From positions 14,772,726 to 14,818,182 of the forward strand of contig NC_068987.1 in NCBI RefSeq assembly GCF_001194135.2: 45,457 nt of DNA, read 5' to 3'. Below are positions 32,352 through 43,306 of the stretch, piece after piece (within the stretch, counting starts at the first letter, position 1; every line of letters starts with the position of its first letter). This DNA comes from Octopus bimaculoides (lineage: Eukaryota). A program made the translations under genes and the position numbers. Under the pieces are notes generated by a model that was given only the letters and a program-made list of their open reading frames with translations, ran no database searches and was not told the origin of the DNA.

Positions 32352-35099
32352 TATACATATATACATATATATACATATATATATACATATATACATACAT
32401 ATGTATATATGTATATATACATATGTATATATATATATATATATACGTGTGTGTGTATATATGTACATATATGTATATATGTATGTATGGATTGTTTTTG
32501 GCTGTATATATATATGTGTAAAATTCCTATTAGAAGACACCTTCAGAGACAAGCAATATTAATAATACAACGAAAGTGTTATCTACAAATTAGAGGATGC
32601 TTAGTTGTGCAAAACACAAGATATGGGTCAGCGACGTCGTGAATTAATCAATAATCGTGTACAGTACGAGAACGATGGGAAATGGCTAAACGCACATATA
32701 CGCACTGAGGAAAATATCCGTACACTAGCTGTTACATACACACATACATACATACATACATACATACATACATACATACATACATACATACATACATACA
32801 CAGATATTCGTAAATATACGTCTACGGACGTATATATATAANNNNNNNNNNNNNNNNNNNNNNNNNNNNNNNNNNNNNNNNNNNNNNNNNNNNNNNNNNN
32901 NNNNNNNNNNNNNNNNNNNNNNNNNNNNNNNNNNNNNNNNNNNNNNNNNNNNNNNNNNNNNNNNNNNNNNNNNNNNNNNNNNNNNNNNNNNNNNNNNNNN
33001 NNNNNNNNNNNNNNNNNNNNNNNNNNNNNNNNNNNNNNNNNNNNNNNNNNNNNNNNNNNNNNNNNNNNNNNNNNNNNNNNNNNNNNNNNNNNNNNNNNNN
33101 NNNNNNNNNNNNNNNNNNNNNNNNNNNNNNNNNNNNNNNNNNNNNNNNNNNNNNNNNNNNNNNNNNNNNNNNNNNNNNNNNNNNNNNNNNNNNNNNNNNN
33201 NNNNNNNNNNNNNNNNNNNNNNNNNNNNNNNNNNNNNNNNNNNNNNNNNNNNNNNNNNNNNNNNNNNNNNNNNNNNNNNNNNNNNNNNNNNNNNNNNNNN
33301 NNNNNNNNNNNNNNNNNNNNNNNNNNNNNNNNNNNNNNNNNNNNNNNNNNNNNNNNNNNNNNNNNNNNNNNNNNNNNNNNNNNNNNNNNNNNNNNNNNNN
33401 NNNNNNNNNNNNNNNNNNNNNNNNNNNNNNNNNNNNNNNNNNNNNNNNNNNNNNNNNNNNNNNNNNNNNNNNNNNNNNNNNNNNNNNNNNNNNNNNNNNN
33501 NNNNNNNNNNNNNNNNNNNNNNNNNNNNNNNNNNNNNNNNNNNNNNNNNNNNNNNNNNNNNNNNNNNNNNNNNNNNNNNNNNNNNNNNNNNNNNNNNNNN
33601 NNNNNNNNNNNNNNNNNNNNNNNNNNNNNNNNNNNNNNNNNNNNNNNNNNNNNNNNNNNNNNNNNNNNNNNNNNNNNNNNNNNNNNNNNNNNNNNNNNNN
33701 NNNNNNNNNNNNNNNNNNNNNNNNNNNNNNNNNNNNNNNNNNNNNNNNNNNNNNNNNNNNNNNNNNNNNNNNNNNNNNNNNNNNNATATATATATATATA
33801 TATATATATATACATGAATCTGTTTATAAATACATATATCCGCGCCTCCTCTTATATTTCACTTCTCTGTTACATGAAATACATGTATGTCTACCCATAT
33901 CGTCTGAATGCATGTGTGAATGTATATAAGTGTATCTATCTATGTGTGTACATATATGTGTGTGTATGTACATTTGTACGTGTGTTTGAATGTTTTGTTA
34001 TGTGTATGTCGGTAGATACAAAAAGTGTGGTCGATCTTAATGGACGACTCTCCGGCTATATTAAACTTCCTTGTATTCTCCCCACATCCCCTTACTTTCC
34101 TTCGTCCACACTATAAATATTTTTCAGTTCTACTAGTCAACAGCCTCCCCCACACGTCAGACCTCCCCTTCTCATAAATATACAATCAAATTAATCAGCA
34201 CTCGAAGTAACAAACGAGTTCGTTCTAACGTTATCCCCATCCTACCCAGACATATCTTTATACCACTTCGTGACCTCCATTACATCGAAAACAAATTTAA
34301 TGACTTTAAAACCCTTCACCAACACACATGCCATACAATCACTTTGTTTTGAGTCCTTCCACATAACTTTTAATACTTGTTCTGGTCTCTCATTATGACC
34401 CTTTCAAAAACAATATATAAATAAATAACTACATTAGAAAACATAAAATGATTTTTATATACTGCAATATTAATTTCTCGCAAAATAACCTCCGTACCTT
34501 CTCTTGTCCTTTTCCTTAATTAGCGCATCATTCTACCAAGACATATAACACCACACTTGTTCACAATTATAACTTATATAGCTTTATTGTCTAATAGCCA
34601 AAACAAAGTCATTGTCCAGACGTATTTATTTTCAACGAACCACCAGCACACTCCCTCAACAACGCATAGGTAATCAGTAACAAATAATACAGTAACAGAC
34701 CGAGACCAACTCAATCACACCATACACACGCTTCGAATACTTCTGAACCAGAATCATTCAGTCTAAGTACCGTCTGAATTTCTCGAAAGCTTACACCAAA
34801 CAATTCCGTTGTATGTGAAACTACTAGCCACTCTATGCCACTCTATTTGAAAACCTACAATGAAACAGTGATTGTACTGGGTTCTCACACTGGAAGAGTG
34901 CACGTTATATATANNNNNNNNNNNNNNNNNNNNNNNNNNNNNNNNNNNNNNNNNNNNNNNNNNNNNNNNNNNNNNNNNNNNNNNNNNNNNNNNNNNNNNN
35001 NNNNNNNNNNNNNNNNNNNNNNNNNNNNNNNTATATATATTATTCCGGCATTCGCCATGATAGATCGCTGAGCACTACACACATGTTTTTCTTTCCTTG

Positions 35100-35230
35100 T
35101 TTTTTTCCGTGTTCCTTTCTGTAGAAGAGCATAGGCTCGAAACGTTAAAGACTTTCTCAATTCCCGAGCGTTATACTAATACATCTATTTGTTTTCAACA
35201 CCACCTGTCTTCGTCTGTTGTTTTTTTTCT
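35100..35230 (+). ncRNA. Hammerhead-bearing repeat, copy 2
   Basis: CTTT-CTGTAGA-A-GAGC-ATAG-GCTC-GAAA-CG-TT-AAAG, core at 35119 with A6 changed to T. Stem II 4 bp, stem I CTTT/AAAG. Confidence 0.5.
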
Positions 35231-35334
35231 GATATTTTTGCGGCTTTTAATGAAGCATATTATTCTACCTCTGGTATTCGAATACTATTTTTTCCGCCTT
35301 GTTTCGCATTTATGTGCTTACTCAGATACTTTTC

Positions 35335-35430
35335 TTTTTTATAAGCCTCACACTTATTTCACAAGTGTTTTTTGCCGAACCGCTACATTACGAGGACGTC
35401 AAGTGGTGATGGAGGACAAACACAAACATA
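35335..35430 (-). mobile_element. SINE C internal fragment
   Basis: TTTTTGCCGAACCGCTACATTACGAGGACGTCAAGTGGTGATGGAGGACAAACACA. Confidence 0.7.
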
Positions 35431-35954
35431 TGGGCATACACACAAACACACACGTACATATATACGAATACATATATATCCATATCCATAAATATACACG
35501 CACACCTGCACACACAAATATATATATACACACACCTGCACCCCCCCCCCACATATATATATGTAGTTGAAGAGCCATGTAAGTTTCATACGTGTTCTCA
35601 TATCATACTTTAACGTAATATGATATTAAGGCGTTTTAAATGTTGGCATAAGTCCAGCGGTTTTGACGGAGTGAATGTTGTTGGTCGATAGTATCGCCTT
35701 TAGTAGTTAACTAGTTAATAAATGCATTGAAAATGTGTTCGCTATTCGTAATTATATTCCAAACATAATGTTTTAATATAGTATATAAGTAAGATAGTAA
35801 AGAAGGAATGATATACTTTTACGAATTTCTCTCATTGGAAAATACTTATCCAGTATTGAGTCTCATTCGTTTTCTTTTCTTTGCATACATCAAAGTTTTT
35901 TTTTTTACCAAGTTTTATTGAGCTTGCATGCTTCTATCGATATCCATTATTAAT

Positions 35955-36810
35955 TGGTTGAACTTTTCCAATTCTCTAAACAGTGTACCACGAGAATTTC
36001 TTTCATGTACCGTTCACTTTCATCGCCATCTTGATTGTCCTCTTCTTCCTAATCACGTTATTGATGTAAATTAAGCAGGTCGCGTTCAGCTAATTTTTCT
36101 GAACGTGAGTTAAGCAGATCACGAACATTTGTATTCACCATTTTCTCATAGAAACTAAGCGTTCTTCCAATATTAGTTGTTTATTCTATAATTTTTGTCT
36201 TCGAAAAGTCAGCAAAATTTTACCATAATACCATGGAATGTATTGCCATACAGCTCTCATACAGCTTGTCCATTCACAAATATTTTCAATGGAATCTGTT
36301 GATGAAATCATTTCGAAAATCCAGCAATAAAATTATATTTTCTACCATTGTGATTTTTATTGATGGAGCAAAAGATCTCCAAAAGTAAACCTTGAAAATA
36401 ACAATCGTATCATGGTCCATGAGTTGCAAAAGTGACGTCGTGTTTGTAAGCAATCGTATGGCATCTGCATAGTCGCGCTGTTCATTAAATTCAATTGGGT
36501 GACAAGAGACATCGTCGAAAATTAGTAAAACTTTAAAATAATGATTATTTCTTTTAAATTCTTATCAACAAACGGATATATTTAACTAAAAATAAATCAA
36601 TACTCGCACGGTTCTTTGATCATTCAAGTTTTATAATAGAGATTGTTGGCGGTAGACTTTAAGAGCCTTGGGAGATACAAGCATGAGTTTTACTGTAAAG
36701 TTCTCTTGTGTATTTTCTGTTAAACGATCTGTTAACACTTTCAATCCCGGTTGTAATTTCTCTTCGTTAGATAAAGAGTTTATGCGGGCTTCGTTGTTAG
36801 CATTAACCCT
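35955..36810 (-). pseudogene. Tigger/pogo (CENP-B-like DDE_1) transposase, decayed
   Basis: Manual translation: SNEEKLQPGLKVLTDRLT..FTVKLMLVSPKALKVY; SKNRASM; VDKNLKENNHYFKVLLIFDDVSCHP; NTTSLLQLMDHDTIVIFKVY; VRDLLNSRSEKLAERDLLNL. Collinear with Tigger motifs (KEEK..PGFK..KDRLT, KVLLILDNAPGHP, PNTTSLLQPMDQG). Multiple stops and frameshifts. Confidence 0.88.
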
Positions 36811-37012
36811 CACACCGGGCGAAATACTTAGCGGTGTTTCGTCCGTCTTCACGTTCTGAGTTTAAATTCTACCGAGGTCGACTTTACCTTTCATCCTTAC
36901 GGGGTTGATAGAATTAGTACTAGTCACGCATTGAGGTCGATGTAATCGACTAGCCCCCACCCTCCCTAAAAAAGTTCAGGCTTTGTGCCTATAGCAGAAA
37001 GGATTTTTAATA
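36811..37012 (+). mobile_element. SINE A, 5'-truncated, tail type 2, abutting the transposase
   Basis: CACACCGGGCGAAATACTTAGCGGTGTTTCG..GAGGTCGACTTTACCTTTCATCC..TAATCGACTAGCCCCC..CAGGCTTTGTGCCTATAGCAGAAAGGATT. Confidence 0.88.
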
Positions 37013-37249
37013 TTAACCCGTTAATATCTGAAATCAAATACAGCCACATAAAATTTCATTACCCTTAACTGTGGAAAGCAGTTTTATAGACCAATCTATC
37101 TTTTGTTGAGGTAAGTCATGTCTGAAACTATTTTTTATTGCCATATATTAAGTTTATTGAGGCAATGTGACTTGTAGGAAAAACTAATTCTACTTTTTTG
37201 AAGATATTCAACATCATAGATCTATCAATTGTTGGGCTTGTTCCATCCA

Positions 37250-37470
37250 TTGATGCTGTCTACGTTCAATTCTGGACATCTCTTACCAGGACAGAGTGAG
37301 AAGCAAAGAGGTGATGGGAAGAGCAGGCATGGGCAGTTTGCAGGACATGGTGACTAAGCGGTGACTAAGCGGTTTACTGGCCATGTACTTCGATTACTGC
37401 AAGAGAGACGTGTTACCATCATGATGGAGTGGATGCCTGGAGGCGGAAAAAGACCGAGAGGAAGACCATA
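37250..37470 (+). mobile_element. RTE-type LINE ORF2 C-terminal fragment
   Basis: CLRSILDISYQDRVRSKEVMGRAGMGSLQDMVTKR, an 11-bp duplication frameshift, then RFTGHVLRLLQERRVTIMMEWMPGGGKRPRGRP; matches the RTE pattern RRILGI...GHVLR...GKRxRGRP. Confidence 0.8.
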
Positions 37471-37517
37471 TATATATATATANNNNNNNNNNNNNNNNNN
37501 NNNNNNNNNNNNNNNNA

Positions 37518-37548
<31 letters not shown>

Positions 37549-37551
37549 TTG

Positions 37552-37586
<35 letters not shown>

Positions 37587-37677
37587 GTATGTATATATAA
37601 ATATATATAGATAGATACATACATACATGCACATATACATATATATGTGTGTATCCATGTATGTATATATAAATTCT

Positions 37678-37881
37678 ATAATTCTTTTACTTGTTTCAGT
37701 CATTTGACTGCGCCCATGCTGGAGCACCACCTTTAGTCGAATAAATCGATCCCAGGACTTACTCTTTGTAAACCCAGTACTTATTCTAGCGGTCTATTTT
37801 GCCGAACCGCTAGGTGATGGAGACGTAAACACACCAACATCAATTGTCAAGCGATTGTGGGCGGACAAATAGACACAAACA

Positions 37882-37957
<76 letters not shown>

Positions 37958-38106
37958 GACGGGCTTCTTTCAGTTTCCGTCTACGAAATCCACTCACAAG
38001 GCTTTGGTCGGCCCAAGACTCTAGTAGAAAACACTTGTCCAAGGTGCCACGCAGCGGGACTGAACCCGGAAACATGTGGCTGGGAAGGAAGCTTCTTATT
38101 ATACAT
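37678..38106 (-). mobile_element. SINE C, near full length
   Basis: Tail TCTTTTACTTGTTTCAGTCATTTGACTGCG, internal (CA)(TA)n, CORE-like CACTTGTCCAAGGTGCC and head GGGACTGAACCCGG; the extreme 5' end is missing. Confidence 0.92.
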
Positions 38107-39205
38107 ATATTTTATAATTGTAATATATAAATATATCTATTCATCTATCTATTGAACCACACACACATGTATATGCATTTATATATATGTATATATGTAT
38201 GTATATATATATATTTATGTGTATGTGTGTGCGTGCGCGTCTGTGTATATGCATGTATATGTCTATTTATAGTCAATGCAGAAAAGATTTGCTAAGCTCC
38301 ATTTTTATAATCACGATGTTTCAGGCAATTCTTTCTTGATTGCAATGTTCAATCTCACCAACACCAAAATAATAAATAGATAAATAAATAAACAAATAAA
38401 AATAGATAAATAAATCAAATAAAAAATGAAACAGTCCGCTTTCAATCATATTACTGCTCCTGTTTCTTGCCTGCTTATCTGAATTACCTGAATCTGATAA
38501 AACTTCACGTTTTTTTGAAAGTCATCTATTTTTTTCTTATAATTGTCCCTACTGTCTCTTCATTCAATCCCAATTATTGCCAATTTTTGCTTTGCTGTCA
38601 CTACATTCATATATTATTGTGATCTCCAATTTATCACCTAGAAGTTTGACACTCTTCTCTGTTTAGTTCAACATCAGTATTTTTCTGGTCTTTTTTTTTT
38701 TCTTTTATCAAGAACCAATGCGGGTTAAATTGTATTATTATAGGTTGATTGACTGCAGCTATACGATTAATACATGAAACACAGACCTTGCAATTGCACC
38801 ACATTTATAAGAAGATAAAAGCAAACAAAATCAAAACAAAACACAACATAATTGGTGTCAAGTTTGATGTTTGAAAACAGGACTACAAGAAGAAGTACAA
38901 GCCTCGTACGTTACACACATCTGCAAGTGAAATTAACATCAAATAACTGTTTTTAGGACAGTTATCCTTTTTTATACCACAATCCTTAATGTTTTTATAT
39001 ACCATTTGCAACATAGCCTCAGCAATCGTTAATGCGAAGCAGAAACCGAATCCCGTGTGTTTAGGATTACGATTGCTACCAAGAGTTAACAAAGTCTTCG
39101 TTGCATCATTGCGATATCAAAAAAATGTCAATATGCATGATATCTATATATTACTAAAACTCTGTGATTGTTTGTTTCTTTGCATGCATACTTGTCTGCA
39201 ATTTA

Positions 39206-39522
39206 ATACAGCCAAACCGGTGCATAATGGGAAAATACTTTCAAAGGAAGCCACCACTGAAATGTGAATACAAACAGGATAAAATAAGTTTCGCGTATAT
39301 CCGACCACGGATTTCCAAGATACACATTTTTTGGGGGGTTTGTTTGCACAAATTTAAGCAGTGAAACCTGCCCTTTACTGTCAACACCTTTATAAATAGC
39401 CAAACCGGCTCATAATGGGAAAATACTCTGAAAATAAGTTACAATTGAAATGTGAATACAAACGGAATGAAACAAGTTTCGCGTAAATCGGACTACGGAT
39501 TCCTGAGATGCACGGTTTTTCG
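39206..39522. repeat. Diverged tandem duplication, period about 188 bp
   Basis: GCCAAACCGG..CATAATGGGAAAATACT..TGAAATGTGAATACAAAC..AAGTTTCGCGTA.ATC.GAC.ACGGATT occurs from 39211 and again from 39399. Confidence 0.85.
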
Positions 39523-39868
39523 GGTATCTTGAACTATTGGTGACCGAACAGGTTACGGGTAGTTTAGTTCATAATGTAATCGAGATTAGAGTGTGCTATT
39601 CCTGATTTGAGATGAATTTATAAATACTATAAATTTTCAAGCACCATGCTATTCGAACGTGTGTTAATCGAGTGTGTAAATTTTAAATATGTTTATGTCT
39701 GCACAAAGCTGGTGATTTGCTGCATTACCACTCACAGATTCTGGTTCAATGTGATACTTCTGCGTAAAATGAAAATTACTAGAAATTACACAGAATATTC
39801 GGTTGAAAAGCGAAATCGTTAGGAACACCGCCGGATAAACATTTTCTATTATTAGCTCCAGCTTTTAT

Positions 39869-40085
39869 AAGGCGGTGAGCTGGCAGAATCGCTAGCGCGC
39901 CGGGCGAAATGCTTAGCGATATTTCATCTGTCACTACGTTCTGAGTTCAAATTCCGCCGAAGTCGACTTTGCCTTTCATCGTTTCGGGGTCGATAAATTA
40001 AGTACCAGTTGAACACTATGGTCAATGTAATCGACTTGTTCCCTTCCCCAAAATGGCTGCCCTTGTGGCAAAATTTAAAACCATT
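39869..40085 (+). mobile_element. SINE A, full length, tail type 2
   Basis: AAGGCGGTGAGCTGGCAGAATCGCTAGC..GAGTTCAAATTCCGCCGAAGTCGACTTTGCCTTTCATC..CCTTGTGGCAAAATTTAAAACCATT. Confidence 0.92.
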
Positions 40086-40109
40086 CTCAGCTCCATCTTT
40101 CTGCTCTCA

Positions 40110-40185
40110 AAGTTCAAATTCTATCGAGGTCTATATTGCCTTTCATCTTTCTGGGGTCGATAATAAAATAAATTAATAACCAAGT
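40110..40185 (+). mobile_element. SINE A central fragment
   Basis: AGTTCAAATTCTATCGAGGTCTATATTGCCTTTCATCTTTCTGGGGTCGATAA. Confidence 0.8.
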
Positions 40186-40253
40186 AGCAAAAGTATCGTT
40201 CCTGTCTGTCCACTGTCTGTCTTCCCTCTTTCCCACCCTTCCCCTCTCTCCTT

Positions 40254-40307
40254 TCGCCTCTCTCCCTCCAGTCGCCTCTCTCCCTCTCATCGCCTCTCTT
40301 CCACCCA
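40254..40307. repeat. 18-bp pyrimidine minisatellite, 3 copies
   Basis: TCGCCTCTCTCCCTCCAG / TCGCCTCTCTCCCTCTCA / TCGCCTCTCTTCCACCCA. Confidence 0.75.
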
Positions 40308-40759
40308 ATTCTTATTATCTCACAAATATATACATGTGTGTGTGAATATACATTGTATACGTGTATATGTATATATGAGTATATATATGTTTATAATGAC
40401 GCACAGACATATACATGTACAATGGTACGCACATACAAGCATACACTACACTCACAAATATATTTATAAACTCATATCTAAATATACCTGCGCGCTTCTG
40501 TCTGTGCAATCACCACTGTTTTCCGTATAAATCAGAAATTGTTTTCTCATCCAACACAAAAGGACATTTTTTACTAGGTTGCACAATTGGAAGATAAAGG
40601 TTTATAAATGGATAGTGAAACATAAGCGAACTGAATTGAAACCACAAACTGGGGCGGCGGCTGCGGAGGGGGCGGGAGTGATCTAATCAATAATAGTTAC
40701 TATATATAGAGAAAATAGAATCGCCCGAGATGGATCTACTTTAATTATCTGTCTTCTCT

Positions 40760-40985
40760 AAGGCGGCGGGCTGGGCAAAATGCTTCGCAGCATTTCGTCT
40801 GTCTTTATGTTCTGAGTTCAAATTCCGTCGAGGTCGACTTTGCCTTTCATCCTTTCGATATCGATAAAATAAGTATCAGTTAAACTTGGGGTGCGGATGG
40901 CGGGGGGGGGGCATTGTAATCGACTTATCCCCTCACCTGAAATTGCTGGCCTTGTGCGAAAGCCAAATTTTAAAATCAATATTAT
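40760..40985 (+). mobile_element. SINE A, tail type 2, with a deletion in the head
   Basis: AAGGCGGCGGGCTGG/GCAAAATGCTT..GAGTTCAAATTCC..GACTTTGCCTTTCATCC..GAAATTGCTGGCCTTGTGCG. Confidence 0.88.
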
Positions 40986-41189
40986 CACGCAAATTGATGG
41001 AAATAGCATTTAAAATTCTTCAAACTGTACCGCTATGTTTTAAAAGAAAGCATAAGTAAAATACACCGACTTCTGTGGTCATAACTACACTATATAAATA
41101 ACAAAAGAGATGGTTGTGGCTGGAGCGCCACTACCATCGTAAGTCTATTTGATCATTGCCGACCTTTACCTTAAAACATTCCACTATAG

Positions 41190-41395
41190 TTGCAAGGCCT
41201 GCAATTTTAGGAGACGGGATTAGCCTTTCAAATCTATCCCAGTACTCAAACGGATACTTACTTCATCGACCCCACGAAAAGATTAGAAAAAGTAAAGTCG
41301 ACGTCGGTGAAATTTGAACTCAGAATGTAAATCTGTACTAAAGGTTTCGAAGCGTTTCACCCGATGCTGTAACTACTGTGCCAGCCCGGCGCCTT
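41190..41395 (-). mobile_element. SINE A, tail type 2, diverged
   Basis: Minus AAGGCGCCGGGCTGGCACAG..TCTGAGTTCAAATTTCACCGACGTCGACTTT..GGGGTCGATGAAGTAAGT..AAATTGCAGGCCTTGCA. Confidence 0.82.
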
Positions 41396-41607
41396 ATCAG
41401 CTTTAACGTAAATATCAGTAACAACAAATGAAAACGAGATAGGCACAGGTGAAGTAGCAGTCGTCGTAGAATCAGCTCGATGAAGACTAGGCTAGGGTTG
41501 ATCAACAATAGAAAAAAAAATTACATAAATTCTTTTTTATTTTGTTTGAGTTTTGTGTATGAATGAGTGTGTGCATGGATGGATGGATGGATGGATGTAT
41601 TTGTATA

Positions 41608-41686
<79 letters not shown>

Positions 41687-42235
41687 GCACACAAATACAT
41701 ATACATCCATCCTTCCATCCATCCGTATGCATATATATACACACATACACACAGACTCCCACCCGTACACACACACATAAACACACGTACACGTCACATG
41801 CTCGCTCACGCACACAGAAAAAAAAACTATACATACACATGGACGCATGAATATATATCAAAACAAACATATCAGTTTATCTTTATATCTATAAAGATTG
41901 GTCTGTCTTGTTAAATGGTAGATATCTCATATGAGACATGTACATTATTGGATTATGGTGACATCCGCTTGTACGACATGTATGACTCTCTCTTACAATG
42001 TATAAATAAATCTCCAGTGACAGGCAATAACATGACCAGAAACTACTTCAACCTCAGCTTTTACATCAAAGCACTCGCTACTAGAATTTTCTAGTTAAGG
42101 ATATCTACAAAGCAGTATGTATTTGAAATAGAAAATTTTCCCTCTGCAAGTAGTTTTAGTGGTGCGCACAGACGCAAACGTAGGTATTTCTGTATGTCTT
42201 TATTCAGTTTTATTTCAATATTTCTTGCCAATATC

Positions 42236-42298
42236 ACGGTGGTGCACCAGCATGACCGCAGCCACTTGGCTGAAACCCATAAATAAATAAATAAATAG
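42236..42298 (+). mobile_element. LINE/SINE 3' terminal module with (TAAA)n tail
   Basis: CGGTGGTGCACCAGCATGACCGCAGCCACTTGGCTGAAACCCA(TAAA)4. Confidence 0.72.
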
Positions 42299-42645
42299 AG
42301 AAGAACCATCAACAAAGTATATTTGTATGCATGTATGTATGTATATGTACAGATTTGTATGTTTTATTTTATGTGTGTATTCTCATGCATATAGTTGCAT
42401 TTCTAGACATGCTCATATAAACTTATATGATAAACTTCTGGAACGTTTTACAAATTTTTACAGTTCCAGCGATGGATTGGATCTGTAGCCTTCGAATTAG
42501 CTTTCTCCTTTCGAGAAGCCTAATTTCTTAGGTTTGGTATTTAGGCAGGGTGTTACAAATCCCAGTCCCCCAATAATTACAGGTATAACACTGAACTTGT
42601 AATCTAGTTAGAGTAGCTGTGGATTCCTCAGTAGTTCAGCGCATG

Positions 42646-42676
<31 letters not shown>

Positions 42677-42719
42677 GCAAGCATGTATAACTTTGCTTAG
42701 ATTTTTTTCTTCTCTTCGG

Positions 42720-42860
42720 ATTTTCCCTCTCCCCCCTCTTTCTGACGAAGATCCAAGTTCGAAACGTTATACGTTCACTCATTTTTCCATCTTATACTGA
42801 GCGTGAAACTAATGCATTCCATATGTACGTCATTTTGCCTTTTGTTGTTTATACTTACCA
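42720..42860 (+). ncRNA. Hammerhead-bearing repeat, copy 3
   Basis: CTCTTT-CTGACGA-A-GATC-CAA-GTTC-GAAA-CG-TTA, core at 42742, stem II with one mismatch. Downstream GAGCGT..ACTAAT.CAT is shared with copy 2. Confidence 0.5.
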
Positions 42861-43147
42861 ATTCTCACTGACATGATACTTTACAGTTTCAAAAAGTGAA
42901 TAATGAATTGTATTATATATTTCTGGTTATATTATTTTAAAAAGGGCCGAGTGGTTAGAGCTACATTGATGCTAGATTGAATTGGATTGACCATGTTCGG
43001 TCCACTGCAGAATGAGAACCTCAGCATATTCTCTCCATCAGAGAATGACTTGAAATCATACTGGTTTGATTAGCCTATTCTGTCACACTGGCGCGACATC
43101 GCTTAGCAGAGGGATGCAGTTTTTTTTGTTTCATACTCAGGAGTCAC

Positions 43148-43306
43148 ACCGATTACATCGATCCCAGTGGTCAGCTGGTACTTATTTTATCGATCCCGAA
43201 GGGATAAAGTTGACCTCGGTGGAATTTGACTCAGAACGTAAAGACGGACGAAATACTGCTAAGCATTTCGCACGGCTCGCTAACAAGTGTGCCAGCTCGC
43301 CGCTTT
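43148..43306 (-). mobile_element. SINE A, 3'-truncated
   Basis: Minus AAAGCGGCGAGCTGGCACACTTGTTAGCG..CGAAATGCTTAGCAGTATTTCG..TCTGAGTCAAATTCCACCGAGGTCAACTTT..GGGATCGATAAAATAAGTACCAG. Confidence 0.88.

Noticed and set aside
32605-32735. YENDGKW..RTEENIRTL resembling a Tc1 N-terminal region
   Set aside because: Too short, with no TIR or further motifs.
34140-34900. C-rich strand-skewed unique stretch, possibly an old LINE
   Set aside because: No motif recovered by manual translation.
38883-39112. About 77-codon open minus frame (DATKTLLTLGSN..)
   Set aside because: Only a vague ankyrin-like impression; the length is compatible with chance.
39853-40103. Possible degenerate TSD AGCTCCA(G/T)CTTT around SINE A 39869
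   Set aside because: Imperfect, and separated from the element ends by a few bases; suggestive only.
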